From Limulus polyphemus (lineage: Eukaryota): DNA of 20,500 bases. The notes beneath the pieces are model-generated. The model made no database searches and was not told the DNA's origin. It saw only the letters and a program-made list of their open reading frames with translations. This document shows positions 12,401 through 19,993 of this stretch, one piece after another; the stretch's first letter is position 1, and each line of letters begins with the position of its first letter. Both the position numbers and the translations under genes were made by a program. The stretch covers positions 33,672-54,171 of the forward strand of contig NW_013668828.1 in assembly GCF_000517525.1 (NCBI RefSeq), written 5' to 3'.

Positions 12401-14309
12401 TTATATCTATGCAGTTCAACAAAGTTTAAAGCTAATAGCTAAGAGAAGTTGTATTTTTCCCATAAATTTAACTGTGAATTTATAATATTTTAGTTTATTC
12501 ATAAGTCTCTTTCATTTTATTGTTTTGTCTGGTCAAGGTTGTATGTAAATCTGACATTATAAATTATATTTAAATATATAATTGGAATAATTTATTTATA
12601 ATACTCTGAGTTTCTAAATAATTCATTTCAGACTATAACTTTCACTGTGAGAAATGTCTTTTGTTAATTCTAAAAGACAACACTTTGTAATAGGTGATTC
12701 CTCAGATATTGATTTGCTAAAAAAAGTTAAATATTTTCTTACCTATATCCTCTTGTTATGTCCCACAAACATAAGCTTTTATCTACTGAAGAACTGCATA
12801 ACTTGTCATTTCCCACAAAACATATACTTGTTATTTTCTGAATGTGGCCTGTTAATGTACGTTTTATCTGTAACAAAGATATTGAAGATATTAAGAACAG
12901 TAACTATTTCTACAGGAGAGTAGCAGCATATACTCTTGTAAACAATCCCAAAAATCAGGTACTAAGTGTTGAATCAAATCGATGACAATGTACACCTACA
13001 AATCATCATCAGCTAAATTTATTTCTTAAGCATGGTTTAGTATTACAGCATGTGACAGCCAGCAAGGTAATAATCTATTTTAATAAACCCCAAACTTTAC
13101 AATTGAAATGTACTAATTGTTCATTTATTATCCAAAAAAAATATATTCTCCAACACAAAGTCCTACTTAAAAGTGGAGTTATCTGCACTAGCAGTTTCTT
13201 AACCCTCTCACTATAGGTCTTCCTATAGGTCAGGGGTCAAAGGGCATGCCATCATGTTTGTAGACTTACATTCAAAATTTTATTGATCTACTATTTTATG
13301 AATGTATGCCAATATGTTTGGTATCACATTGTACATTATAATTCTAATTTTAGTATTATATATATTAGTTAATTTCTTAATTTAAAAGCAACTATAAAAA
13401 CAAAATTCATAAATATCAATTTTTGTGTGTCACATGATATATTTAATGCAGCTTTGATTCGAATTAGATGTTTGTGATGTACAAATTCTATAGTTTCTTA
13501 TGAATTAAAAACTCAAATTACTGATATTGACAAGCTAGAATATAAAATAAAACTTCCTTTTTTTCTTCTGAGATATCACTACATTTAGTAAATCAAACAC
13601 AGTGGGCCCCGCCCACCTCTTTCATTTTTGGCTTGCTTACGTACACCTACTCTGTCTATGACGTGTAAATAACCAAGTAAAAGCTCAGAATGTCTTCCAC
13701 ATTGTTTTCTCAGCCTCTAGGAGGTTGAAAGTTCCCAAGATTATTTCTTTGTTTCGGATCTTGGAAGGAATGGGTAAGTGAAAATTTTGTCCAAAACACA
13801 ATATTTTTTTTTACCCAAATACAGTTTAGTTAGTAAGTCTGATAAATTACGCTGGATTACTGCAATATCAATAGTCATTTATAGTATTTGGTTCTTTCAA
13901 AATGCATATATAAAACCTAAAAAAAAATATTTTCTTTTACATCCTCCACGTGAAAAATTTGACAAGGCTTACCAAATTACGACAAGCAGGCAAACAAGTA
14001 AAAAGTTTGTAAGTAGAAAAAATCATTGTTTTTCTATATTTCTTTATATACTGTTCTATGTTTTAAGAAAACTAATCCAAATTTTATAACTTATTTGTAA
14101 AGATAATAATATATATACATATATAATGTATTATAACTGAAACGCGACTGTATTTTACAAAATACTGGTCCACTAGAACAAACCGTAGACAGATCAATTT
14201 GTAAAAGCCAATTTTATACTATTGAATACAGTTACACGAGTGCACCGAGCCGCATCAATGCAACTTTTGTAATGTTAGTTAGACAGAGCTTAAAGGTCAA
14301 TAAAATAAA

Positions 14310-14344
<35 letters not shown>

Positions 14345-15780
14345 TGTATAATGTTATGAGATTTAAGCTATTTAGAGTAAACATTTATGGATTCTTGTTA
14401 TAATTTGTAGTCATTCAAGAACAAAAAATGTGTAATTTATATCCATTTCCTAATTTTTTACGTTGGTTATGAGGTCAGTCAAATAGACTAAACTCATACA
14501 GAGATACAATAGTGAAATAACAGATAAAATATAAAGTTCTTTCAAAAACAAAACGTTTGATAATTATCTGGTGGTTATTAGGAGGTTATAACTTGACAAT
14601 TTTCTGATGCATAAAAGTATTTTTAATCTTAAAATCAAAATTATTGTTTTTTGGATAGTCAAAATTCTAAAAATAAAAAAAATGTGCAGGCAACTCATTG
14701 CTTCAAAAATCTTAAAACTTAATAAACAAAATCAGATATATTGTGTACTAAAGCCTTGTATTGTTTACTGATAATCTTTAAAATTTTGTGAAGATACACA
14801 TACTGCATTAAAAGTCATAGTATGAAAACTATAACAAGCACCAAATAGTACGAAATTGGTCCCTGGGACAGAGCATGTAGTGAGAGAGTAAATTTTGAAC
14901 TGAAAAACTAAAGGGATGGCAGCTAGTCAGAATTACCCACTGAAGGATGTCATCTAGTCAGAATCTCCTACTTAGAGAAGGCAGCTAGTTAGTATTACCC
15001 ACTGCCATCTCTTTGGTTAGTCTTATCAAAGTGGAATTTGAAGTTACTTTTATAATGTACTCATGGCCCTAAAGTGCAGAGCATGGTTTTACTGCAACAC
15101 TAGACCACTGCTGGTGCCATTTGAAAAAAAACTAACAAAGGCACTCAAAGTGGTACCAAGGTTTAGCCTATATTCCTGTGAGATATGCAAGTTATTTTCT
15201 TATGCAGAATATTTATGATGACTACTTAGGAAGGAAATTCACAACGACAGTGATACTCATATAGATGAGATTGTAAATTTTTGCTGTATTTTGATGGCTT
15301 AATCTTATTATTAATTGTCATACTGGAACATCTGATTATAGATAGTTTTTTTACCTCCCATGCTAGAATTATTCAGGAGAGCAGTCAGATCAAGGAGTAA
15401 AACACTAAATCAGAAAATAACAGTAAGACCACTGTTATACAATCTCATATTGTCATGTGAACAAATAAATAATACACTTGCGTTTTCCTCTCCAGAACTT
15501 TTCTCACAAATTTCTCGATCAAATGATACAAATCTCATATCATAAGAAAGGCCTTTATCCTACTAGTCTGGATTGCATATTGGCTTTTCCATTTAGAATC
15601 ATCTTACCTGTTTTAACATTACATCCACCTTAAAAGGCTGCACATTTGACACAGATCTCAAAATCATAAAAAAAAAGCACTTACAGAACCAGTTTGGACA
15701 TCTATAAGTCTTATTACACCATCCTGTCCTCCTAAACCAGCAATATCACCCTTCCTTGAAACTGCCAGACACTGTATTGG
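6305..15780 (-). CDS. Gene-level span of a multi-exon WD40-repeat (beta-propeller) protein gene; the 9 exons are listed separately and the 5' end probably lies further upstream
   Basis: Eight exons with canonical AG/GT boundaries join in phase, and their conceptual translation contains at least 7 WD40-type blades (GH...WD-like units). See the individual exon entries. Confidence 0.75.
6848..6935 (-). repeat. Degenerate tRNA-like SINE head fragment
   Basis: The minus strand reads 'gggttaatcctttagcttagttgaaagagcactcacctggtgtgcgagaagtctaatgtcaaaatccaagtt'. It has a D-arm-like 'TAGCTTAGTTGAAAGAGC' and 'ATCCAAGTT' resembling the B-box region of the SINE heads at 18720-18789. Similarity is weak. 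Confidence 0.2.
7058..7205 (-). CDS. WD40 gene coding exon (phase 0 start, 1 nt carried out)
   Basis: Minus acceptor is 'ttgctataattgcag|GTATGG' and donor is 'CAAAAAG|GTAAAAAT'. It encodes [49 protein letters not shown](+G). It joins the upstream exon as ...GSKDRTLK|VWI..., a classic WD blade end. Confidence 0.7.
7678..7776 (-). CDS. WD40 gene coding exon (99 nt, phase 0/0)
   Basis: Minus acceptor is 'cttttcag|ATTGGT' and donor is 'CTTAAAG|GTATTTGG'. It encodes [33 protein letters not shown], a GH...TGSxDxTxK WD repeat. Confidence 0.75.
7837..7987. repeat. Near-perfect ~150-bp palindrome (two ~57-bp arms, ~36-bp loop); MITE/foldback-like hairpin in an intron
   Basis: Left arm 'aatgtatagcagagacggttggtatgggtattaaaaactttaattaaaataaagtaca' is at 7837-7894. 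Right arm 7931-7987 is its reverse complement, with one 1-nt indel (aaaat versus aaat). The loop is 'agaacaacgtttcaaccttcttaagtcatcatcatt'. Confidence 0.8.
8063..8121 (-). CDS. WD40 gene coding exon (59 nt; starts with 2 nt completing Gly codon, ends phase 0)
   Basis: Minus has a long polypyrimidine tract 'ttttttattctttttgtttgtctttatg...cttgaag|GC' and donor 'AGTTTT|GTAAGT'. With the carry-in G from exon 9021-9132 it encodes [20 protein letters not shown]. It is the only stop-free frame, and its phase matches both neighbours. Confidence 0.6.
8431..8787. repeat. Intronic tandem repeat, about 3.5 copies of a 102-104-bp unit
   Basis: Unit 'atgt(g/a)(a)agtaatgtagcagatgaagtactacaatccccttcac(c/t)aaacctgagtcaaaaacttagat(t/g)tttaattgtttagtagtatgaatactat(t/a)tattat' starts at 8431, 8535, 8637 and 8739. 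The minus ORF 8595..8783 is a read-through of this array. Confidence 0.85.
9021..9132 (-). CDS. WD40 gene coding exon (112 nt, phase 0 start, 1 nt carried out)
   Basis: Minus acceptor is 'tttcttag|ATCCTC' (AG from plus 9133-9134) and donor is 'CTCAAG|GTACTC'. It encodes [37 protein letters not shown](+G), a textbook WD blade (GH..V..VAFS..G..IVS.S.D..V.LW). An in-frame TAG lies immediately upstream of the acceptor. Confidence 0.8.
9486..9594 (-). CDS. WD40 gene coding exon (109 nt; 1 nt completes Lys codon, ends phase 0)
   Basis: Minus acceptor is 'tttatgttttag|GAAACC' and donor is 'AAAGCA|GTGAGT', a consensus donor. It encodes (K)[36 protein letters not shown]. Confidence 0.85.
10767..10916 (-). 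CDS. WD40 gene coding exon (150 nt; phase 2-type start, 2 nt carried out)
   Basis: Minus acceptor is 'tatcttttttttttggttgttactacag|AATTGG' and donor is 'CAGAACAA|GTAAGG'. It encodes (R)[49 protein letters not shown](+AA). The upstream exon's AG plus A gives Arg. The carried AA plus G of the next exon gives Lys. Plus-strand ORF 10679..10906 is its antisense shadow. Confidence 0.85.
11220..11478 (-). mobile_element. tRNA-derived SINE copy (intronic, same orientation as the host gene)
   Basis: Minus-strand head is 'cctgggattagtatggccttgtggttagtatgccaagctgtggtttggaaggttcaaagcctgagtc', with an A-box-like TGGTTAGTA and a B-box-like GGTTCAAAGCC. The body 'gcctctgtaaatgctctgcactttc...ctgactagcag' is homologous to 14900-15118 and to the other SINE copies. 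Confidence 0.55.
12743..12867 (-). CDS. WD40 gene coding exon (125 nt, phase 0 start, 2 nt carried out)
   Basis: Minus acceptor is 'cttaatatcttcaatatctttgttacag|ATAAAACG', with an in-frame TAG just upstream, and donor is 'GGATATAG|GTAAGA'. It encodes [41 protein letters not shown](+AG). The junction with exon 15685-15780 reads ...LIDVQTGS|IKRTLTGH..., a canonical WD blade boundary. Plus-strand ORF 12654..12923 is its antisense shadow. Confidence 0.85.
13596..13775 (+). promoter_or_regulatory. CpG-containing promoter-like module plus a putative first exon of a plus-strand transcript (ATG-G followed by GTAAGT), nested in the 2.8-kb intron of the WD40 gene
   Basis: Read directly: GC/Sp1-like box 'gtgggccccgcccacc' at 13602-13617; CRE-like 'tgacgtgt' at 13659-13666; TATA-like 'taaataacc' at 13666-13674; ATG at 13770-13772 in 'ggaaggaATGGgtaagtg', with a consensus GTAAGT donor directly after ATG-G. 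CpG is clustered locally in otherwise CpG-poor DNA. The minus strand has no ATG-containing ORF here, only a GTAAGC donor at about 13635-13640. Confidence 0.35.
14314..14342. repeat. (TA)14 microsatellite
   Basis: atatatatatatatatatatatatatata, read directly. Confidence 0.9.
14826..15120 (-). mobile_element. tRNA-derived SINE copy (intronic, sense to host gene) with an internal ~25-bp motif present 3 times
   Basis: Homologous to the 17846-18064, 18512-18789 and 11220-11478 copies ('ggcagctagt.a...cccactgcca.ctcttgg...' and '...aaagtgcagagcat...'). The motif 'ggcagctagtcagaattacccactg' occurs 2.5 times (14910-14934, 14972-14996, and partially 14940-14960). Confidence 0.55.
15685..15780 (-). 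CDS. WD40 gene coding exon (96 nt, phase 0/0); most upstream exon identified
   Basis: Minus acceptor is 'ctctctttctgtag|CCAATACAG' and donor is 'GGTTCT|GTAAGTGC', a consensus donor. It encodes [32 protein letters not shown]. Confidence 0.8.
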
Positions 15781-15888
15781 CTACAGAAAGAGAGACAGAA
15801 TAACTGAAGTACAAATACTAATTAGTCTTAATATGAGAAATAAGAACCAACTACATAGATGTAAAAACATTATAACTGACCAAATAAA

Positions 15889-16300
15889 GACAGGAGTTTT
15901 ATAGAATATCTTTGGGTTTTAATGATTAAGGTTTTGTTTTTTAAAAGATTTTATTCAATGTTAAAACCATAACAGGAGTTTTATAGAATATCTTTGGGTT
16001 TTAATGATCAAGGTTTTGTTTTTAAAAGATTTTATTCAATGTTAAAACCATAACAGGAGTTTTATAGAAGATCATTGGGTTTTAATGATCAAGGTTTTGT
16101 TTTTTAAAAGATTTTATTCAATGTTAAAACCATAACAGGAGTTTTATAGAATATCATTAACATTGAATAAAATCTTTTAAAAAACAAAACCTTGATCATT
16201 AAAACCCAAAGATATTCTATAAAACTCCTGTTATGGTTTTAACATTGAATAAAATCTTTTAAAAAACAAAACCTTGATCATTAAAACCCAAAAACCAAAA
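15889..16300. repeat. Composite palindromic array: about 3.1 direct copies of an ~88-bp unit (15889-16158) followed by about 1.6 inverted copies (16159-16300)
   Basis: Direct units 'acaggagttttatagaatatc(t/a)ttgggttttaatgat(t/c)aaggttttgtttt(t)taaaagattttattcaatgttaaaaccata' start at 15890, 15972 and 16063. From 16159, 'aacattgaataaaatcttttaaaaaacaaaaccttgatcattaaaacccaaagatattctataaaactcctgttatggttttaacattg...' is the reverse complement. The predicted foldback has a stem of up to about 140 bp and a loop of about 30 nt. Confidence 0.85.
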
Positions 16301-17845
16301 GTTGTATGTAACTAAGAAAATAACAAAAATCCAGGACCATAATGCTGGATTAGACTAAAGATTTTTTTACCATGTTAATGTTTTTATACAAACAAAGAAA
16401 GCTTTAGTACTGGGTTAGAAAATAGATGATGAATGTTACAAAAAATAAAGACTGCCAAAAGAGTATTGCTTTATATTTGAAAAACTTTCAGAAAAACTGT
16501 TAAAAATGAAGGAAAAAAAATCAAGTTTACCATAACTTTAACATCGCTTCATACTACAATGTATGTATAGTACAAGGTACTTGTATAGCTTCAAGTCTGT
16601 TTTACTGGGTCAAATACATTATTATACAATTCCAAAAGGAATATCAATGAACCTATGTGTATTTCACCGAGTTAATTTGTTAATAATATAATGATTACTT
16701 TTATAATTACAGGGTTACTTACAAAAACAAAGACTATATGTTTCTGAATTATTAATTAAAAATAGTTATTACACATATTTTACTTATTTAAATTTTACTA
16801 ACCAATAACCTCCTTTGGAGTTATTATTTCAGTGTTTCTATATGTTTTTCAGATAAAAGCTCTATACACATTCTACATAAACAGAGAACAGTTATACAAG
16901 TACAAGCCTATATTTTAATTTATAATAGCTTGTACATGAAGATGAATAGGTGCTAATAAGGCCTCTTGGTTGCTCACCTTTAATCATGGAAAAATTGTTC
17001 TACAACTTCATAAGTTATATTTCTTCCCATAAAATATGACCGTATGAGGAAAAGCCATAAAAACAACCTTTCCATCAGCATCTTAAGACATTAATGGCAA
17101 GACATAAAGATAAGCTTATATGTGCAGCTGTAGGAACTACTTACCTCTCTGAATTCAGATAATGTCAACCTAAGGGGTTCAGGGAACTGAGGCCTTGTTA
17201 ACCAGTGGATGGCCCAAGCCGATGTATTTTGTACTGCATCAGTATACACGCACGAAGAGTCTGGTTCATTAAGGGCCTGTTGTCGTACCAAACTGGGGTA
17301 CCTTTGAACACCCAAAACAAATATATATCTTAATTTATATACCAAAGTTCTTGTCAGTGTATCATTTTAATATTTAATAGATACTTTATGTGAAAATTCC
17401 AAATTTACTAACTATTGTTGTGAAGTTATAATTTATAAATAATAAAACATTCAGATGTTAAAGTTTTTCCACCATTTTATAGCTGTTTTACTTTTCATTT
17501 GTGATTAAATGTATAATATTACTGTAAGAATTTCAAAGAATATCATTTCATGCTTGTTTTTTACAGCACATAAGTTTACTGTTTGATGTTTCTAACGTAA
17601 AACTCTTCTTGTAGGCGCTATTGTGAAATTATATACGTAATAACATCTTTGCAATAGGCATTTCTGCTTTCGTTATAAGCAGTCTGGTACATACAGAAAA
17701 CTCACTATGTATGTGGTATATGCAGGCACACTATGTGTTTCTTACATATTATATAGGTAGTGCTTGCATCCTTAGAATAGTAGTATTATTGTTTAATGTA
17801 CAAAATGATGTATTTACTTAATCAGAAACAGCTTTGGTTTTAGAT

Positions 17846-18064
17846 TTTTTCTGCAAAGTTTGCTTGAGGGTTATCTCCACTTCTCATCCATAATTTAGAA
17901 ATGACAGACTAGAGGAACGGCAGCTAGTCAACACTATCCACCATCTCTTAGGCTATTTTAATCGAATACTGGCATAGAATGTCAAATTATAACATCCCCC
18001 ACGGCTGATAGGACGAGAATGTTTGGTGATGGGATTTGAACCCGTTACCCGTAAAGGTGTCACA
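17846..18064 (-). mobile_element. tRNA-derived SINE copy (sense to host gene)
   Basis: Minus-strand head is 'gtgacacctttacgggtaacgggttcaaatcccatcaccaaacattctcgtcctatcagccgtggggg...', with B box GGTTCAAATCC. The body 'ggcagctagtcaacactatccaccatctcttaggc' and the tail are homologous to 18512-18789. Confidence 0.6.
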
Positions 18065-18511
18065 AAATAAACTTTTAATTTGATTAATTTGTTTGGGTGT
18101 TCAGTAAAGGTTGTTTCAGTGTGTTTCACTTTGTTTCCACTCTTTCTTTACTTTGAATTTAGTTGAGGTCAGAGAATTCAGATTCACACCATAATACATT
18201 TTCTGTTGAAACCTCCTTATGTTCTGTGGCTCTTATTCAAATAATCTTAGATGGAAATCAGTGAACATGTGAAGACCACATGTTCCTTGAATTTTACTGG
18301 ACCATGGCAAATCAAAAGGGTTACTGATCAGGGTTGGAATACCCCAAAACTGATATAACTCGGTGACAAGTGGTAAATCAAATGATAGATTAAGCTTCAA
18401 ATTTATTTTTTAGTATTTTAAAAAGTTTGTCAGCTGAATAATTCAGAAGAATAAATTAGTAGCATCAATGATGCTTATTCTTGAAATTCCTATATAAATA
18501 TAAGATAACTG

Positions 18512-18789
18512 TTGGTTTGTTCGTTTTGAATTTCGTGCAAAGCTACATAAGGGCTATCTGTGCTAGCCATCCCTAATTTAGCAATGTAAGACTAGAGGGA
18601 AGGCAGCTAGTCATCACCACCCACTGCCAACTCTTGGGCTACTCTTTTACCAACGAATAGTGAGATTAACCATCACATTATAATGCCCCCATGGTGGAAA
18701 GAACAAGCATGTTTGATGGGACGGGGATTCGAACTTGCAACCCTCAGATTGCGAGTCGAGCACTCTAACCACCTGGCTAGGCTGGGCCC
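18512..18789 (-). mobile_element. tRNA-derived SINE copy, most complete (tRNA-like head, conserved body, 'gtagctttgcacgaaattcaaaacgaacaaacc' tail)
   Basis: Minus-strand head is 'GGGCCCAGCCTAGCCAGGTGGTTAGAGTGCTCGACTCGCAATCTGAGGGTTGCAAGTTCGAATCCCCGTCCCATC'. It has an A-box-like TAGCCAGGTGG and a B-box-like AGTTCGAATCC. It is followed by a tRNA-unrelated body shared with the three other copies. Confidence 0.7.
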
Positions 18790-19046
18790 TAAGATCACTG
18801 TCTGAGTATAAGACATATCAAAACACCATACATATAATGCTTCTCGCTAACAAAACAAAAAGCAACACAAACATGGTAAGTAACACTGAAATGGAATAAT
18901 ACATTTTCAGGTATGATGTGCCATATTTACAATTTTTCTTAAACAGTAGCACAAAAACATCATTTACATTCTATTTAAAATTAATGTGCAATGGTATTAG
19001 AACTGCGAGCATAAACATAGAAATGATTTTGATGTTGGAGATGCAT

Positions 19047-19617
19047 ACTGTAAATATTATATCCTCAATGACTGAGGAGTGTGATAACACCTCTTATACC
19101 ACACTGTAAATATTATATCCTCAATGACTGAGGAGTGTGATACACACCTCTTATACCACACTGTAAATATTATATCCTCAATGACTGAGGAGTGTGAAAA
19201 TACCTCTTATACCACATTGTAAATATTATATCCTCAATGACTTAGGAGTGTGATAACACCTCTTATACACCCCCTTAAATATTATATCCTCAATGACTGA
19301 GGAGTGTGATAACACCTCTTATACCACACTGTAAATCAGTCATTGAGGATATAATATCTACAGTGTATCTGTTTCAATCATTATTTTTGAAGTGTACAAG
19401 TATGTTTTGTGTATATCACTCTACTGATATTTAATTGTCCATTTACATTTGAGTACTACTATCTATGATTTTGTCATTGTGAAATGCAATAATAAATTGT
19501 TTCTTGACCATGAAGCAGAGAGGTGAGAAGTGTGGTATAAGAGGTGTTTTCACACTCCTCATTTATTGAGGATATAATATTTACAGTGTGGTATAAGAGG
19601 TGTTATCACACTCCGTA
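19047..19617. repeat. Tandem array of 5 copies of a ~57-bp unit (19047-19335), followed by a short inverted partial copy (19336-19365) and, after a ~160-bp spacer, 2 inverted copies (19526-19617)
   Basis: Unit 'actgtaaatattatatcctcaatgactgaggagtgtgataacacctcttataccac' starts at 19047, 19103, 19160, 19218 and 19273. 'cagtcattgaggatataatat' and 'gtggtataagaggtgtt(t/a)tcacactcctca(t/g)t(t/c)attgaggatataatatttacagt' are its reverse complement. Plus-strand ORF 18918..19109 is a read-through of this array. Confidence 0.85.
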
Positions 19618-19649
19618 TATAAAAAAATCAACACTACATTTTTATTATT

Positions 19650-19993
19650 TTAGTAGGAAGTTATGCTCAAAACTACTAACCTCAACAAAATGTGAAGGTT
19701 TCGAGATATAAACTGGTAGTAAGCTGAAACTTTTTTGTTCAAATTCTCATCTTTGTTAAATGTTTTTACTGTTGATATCCCAGTGATAAGCAAAGAGTTG
19801 AAATTGTCCAGCAAGCATGATCCTTGACCAAGTCGAAAATAAGCCTCAATAAAGCTGAGGTCACAGAAGATTTCTGATAGATATTTAGTGCAAGATGCCC
19901 TGCATAAATGGTATGGAAGGGCCTGAAAAGCTTCTGGCCATTTACCTGTCCAGGTTTTAGAGCCTTGAGGGTCAGCCTTATGTAACATTAGAG
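19650..19993 (-). CDS. Coding exon of an uncharacterised protein, probably a 3'-terminal exon; may belong to a separate upstream gene or to the 5' part of the WD40 gene
   Basis: A 124-codon open frame in about 30% GC DNA, with locally raised GC. The minus strand has a strong acceptor 'tatattttattttag|CTCTAATG' (AG from plus 19994-19995). The in-frame stop is at 19650-19652, with AATAATAAAA on the minus strand about 10-25 nt downstream. An internal consensus donor 'ACAG|GTAAAT' and 'TTGAG|GTTAGT' are alternative exon ends. The product reads ...LMLHKADPQGSKTWTGKWPEAFQALPYHLCRASCTKYLSEIFCDLSFIEAYFRLGQGSCLLDNFNSLLITGISTVKTFNKDENLNKKVSAYYQFISRNLHILLRLVVLSITSY*. I do not recognise any family. Confidence 0.4.

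Noticed and set aside
13196-13216. 'ttaaccctctcactataggtc' resembling phage T3/T7 promoters (AATTAACCCTCACTAAAGGG / TAATACGACTCACTATAGGG)
   Set aside because: It is a mosaic partial match to either consensus. Vector contamination would give an exact match and adjacent polylinker sequence, neither of which is present. It is treated as coincidence.
16960-16990. Strong minus-strand donor 'AAG|GTGAGC' at about 16975
   Set aside because: All three reading frames upstream of it hit stop codons within 10-25 codons, so there is no coding exon to attach it to.
17195-17260. 5S rRNA-like stretch
   Set aside because: Only about 55-60% identity over about 30 nt to the 5S 3' half. The 5' half and box C are not recognisable. 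It is kept only as a low-confidence note.
18873-18882. Second plus-strand 'ATG|GTAAGT' (caaacATGGTAAGTaac)
   Set aside because: Unlike the 13770 site, there is no CpG or GC-box, CRE or TATA context upstream. It lies just downstream of a SINE head and is probably fortuitous.
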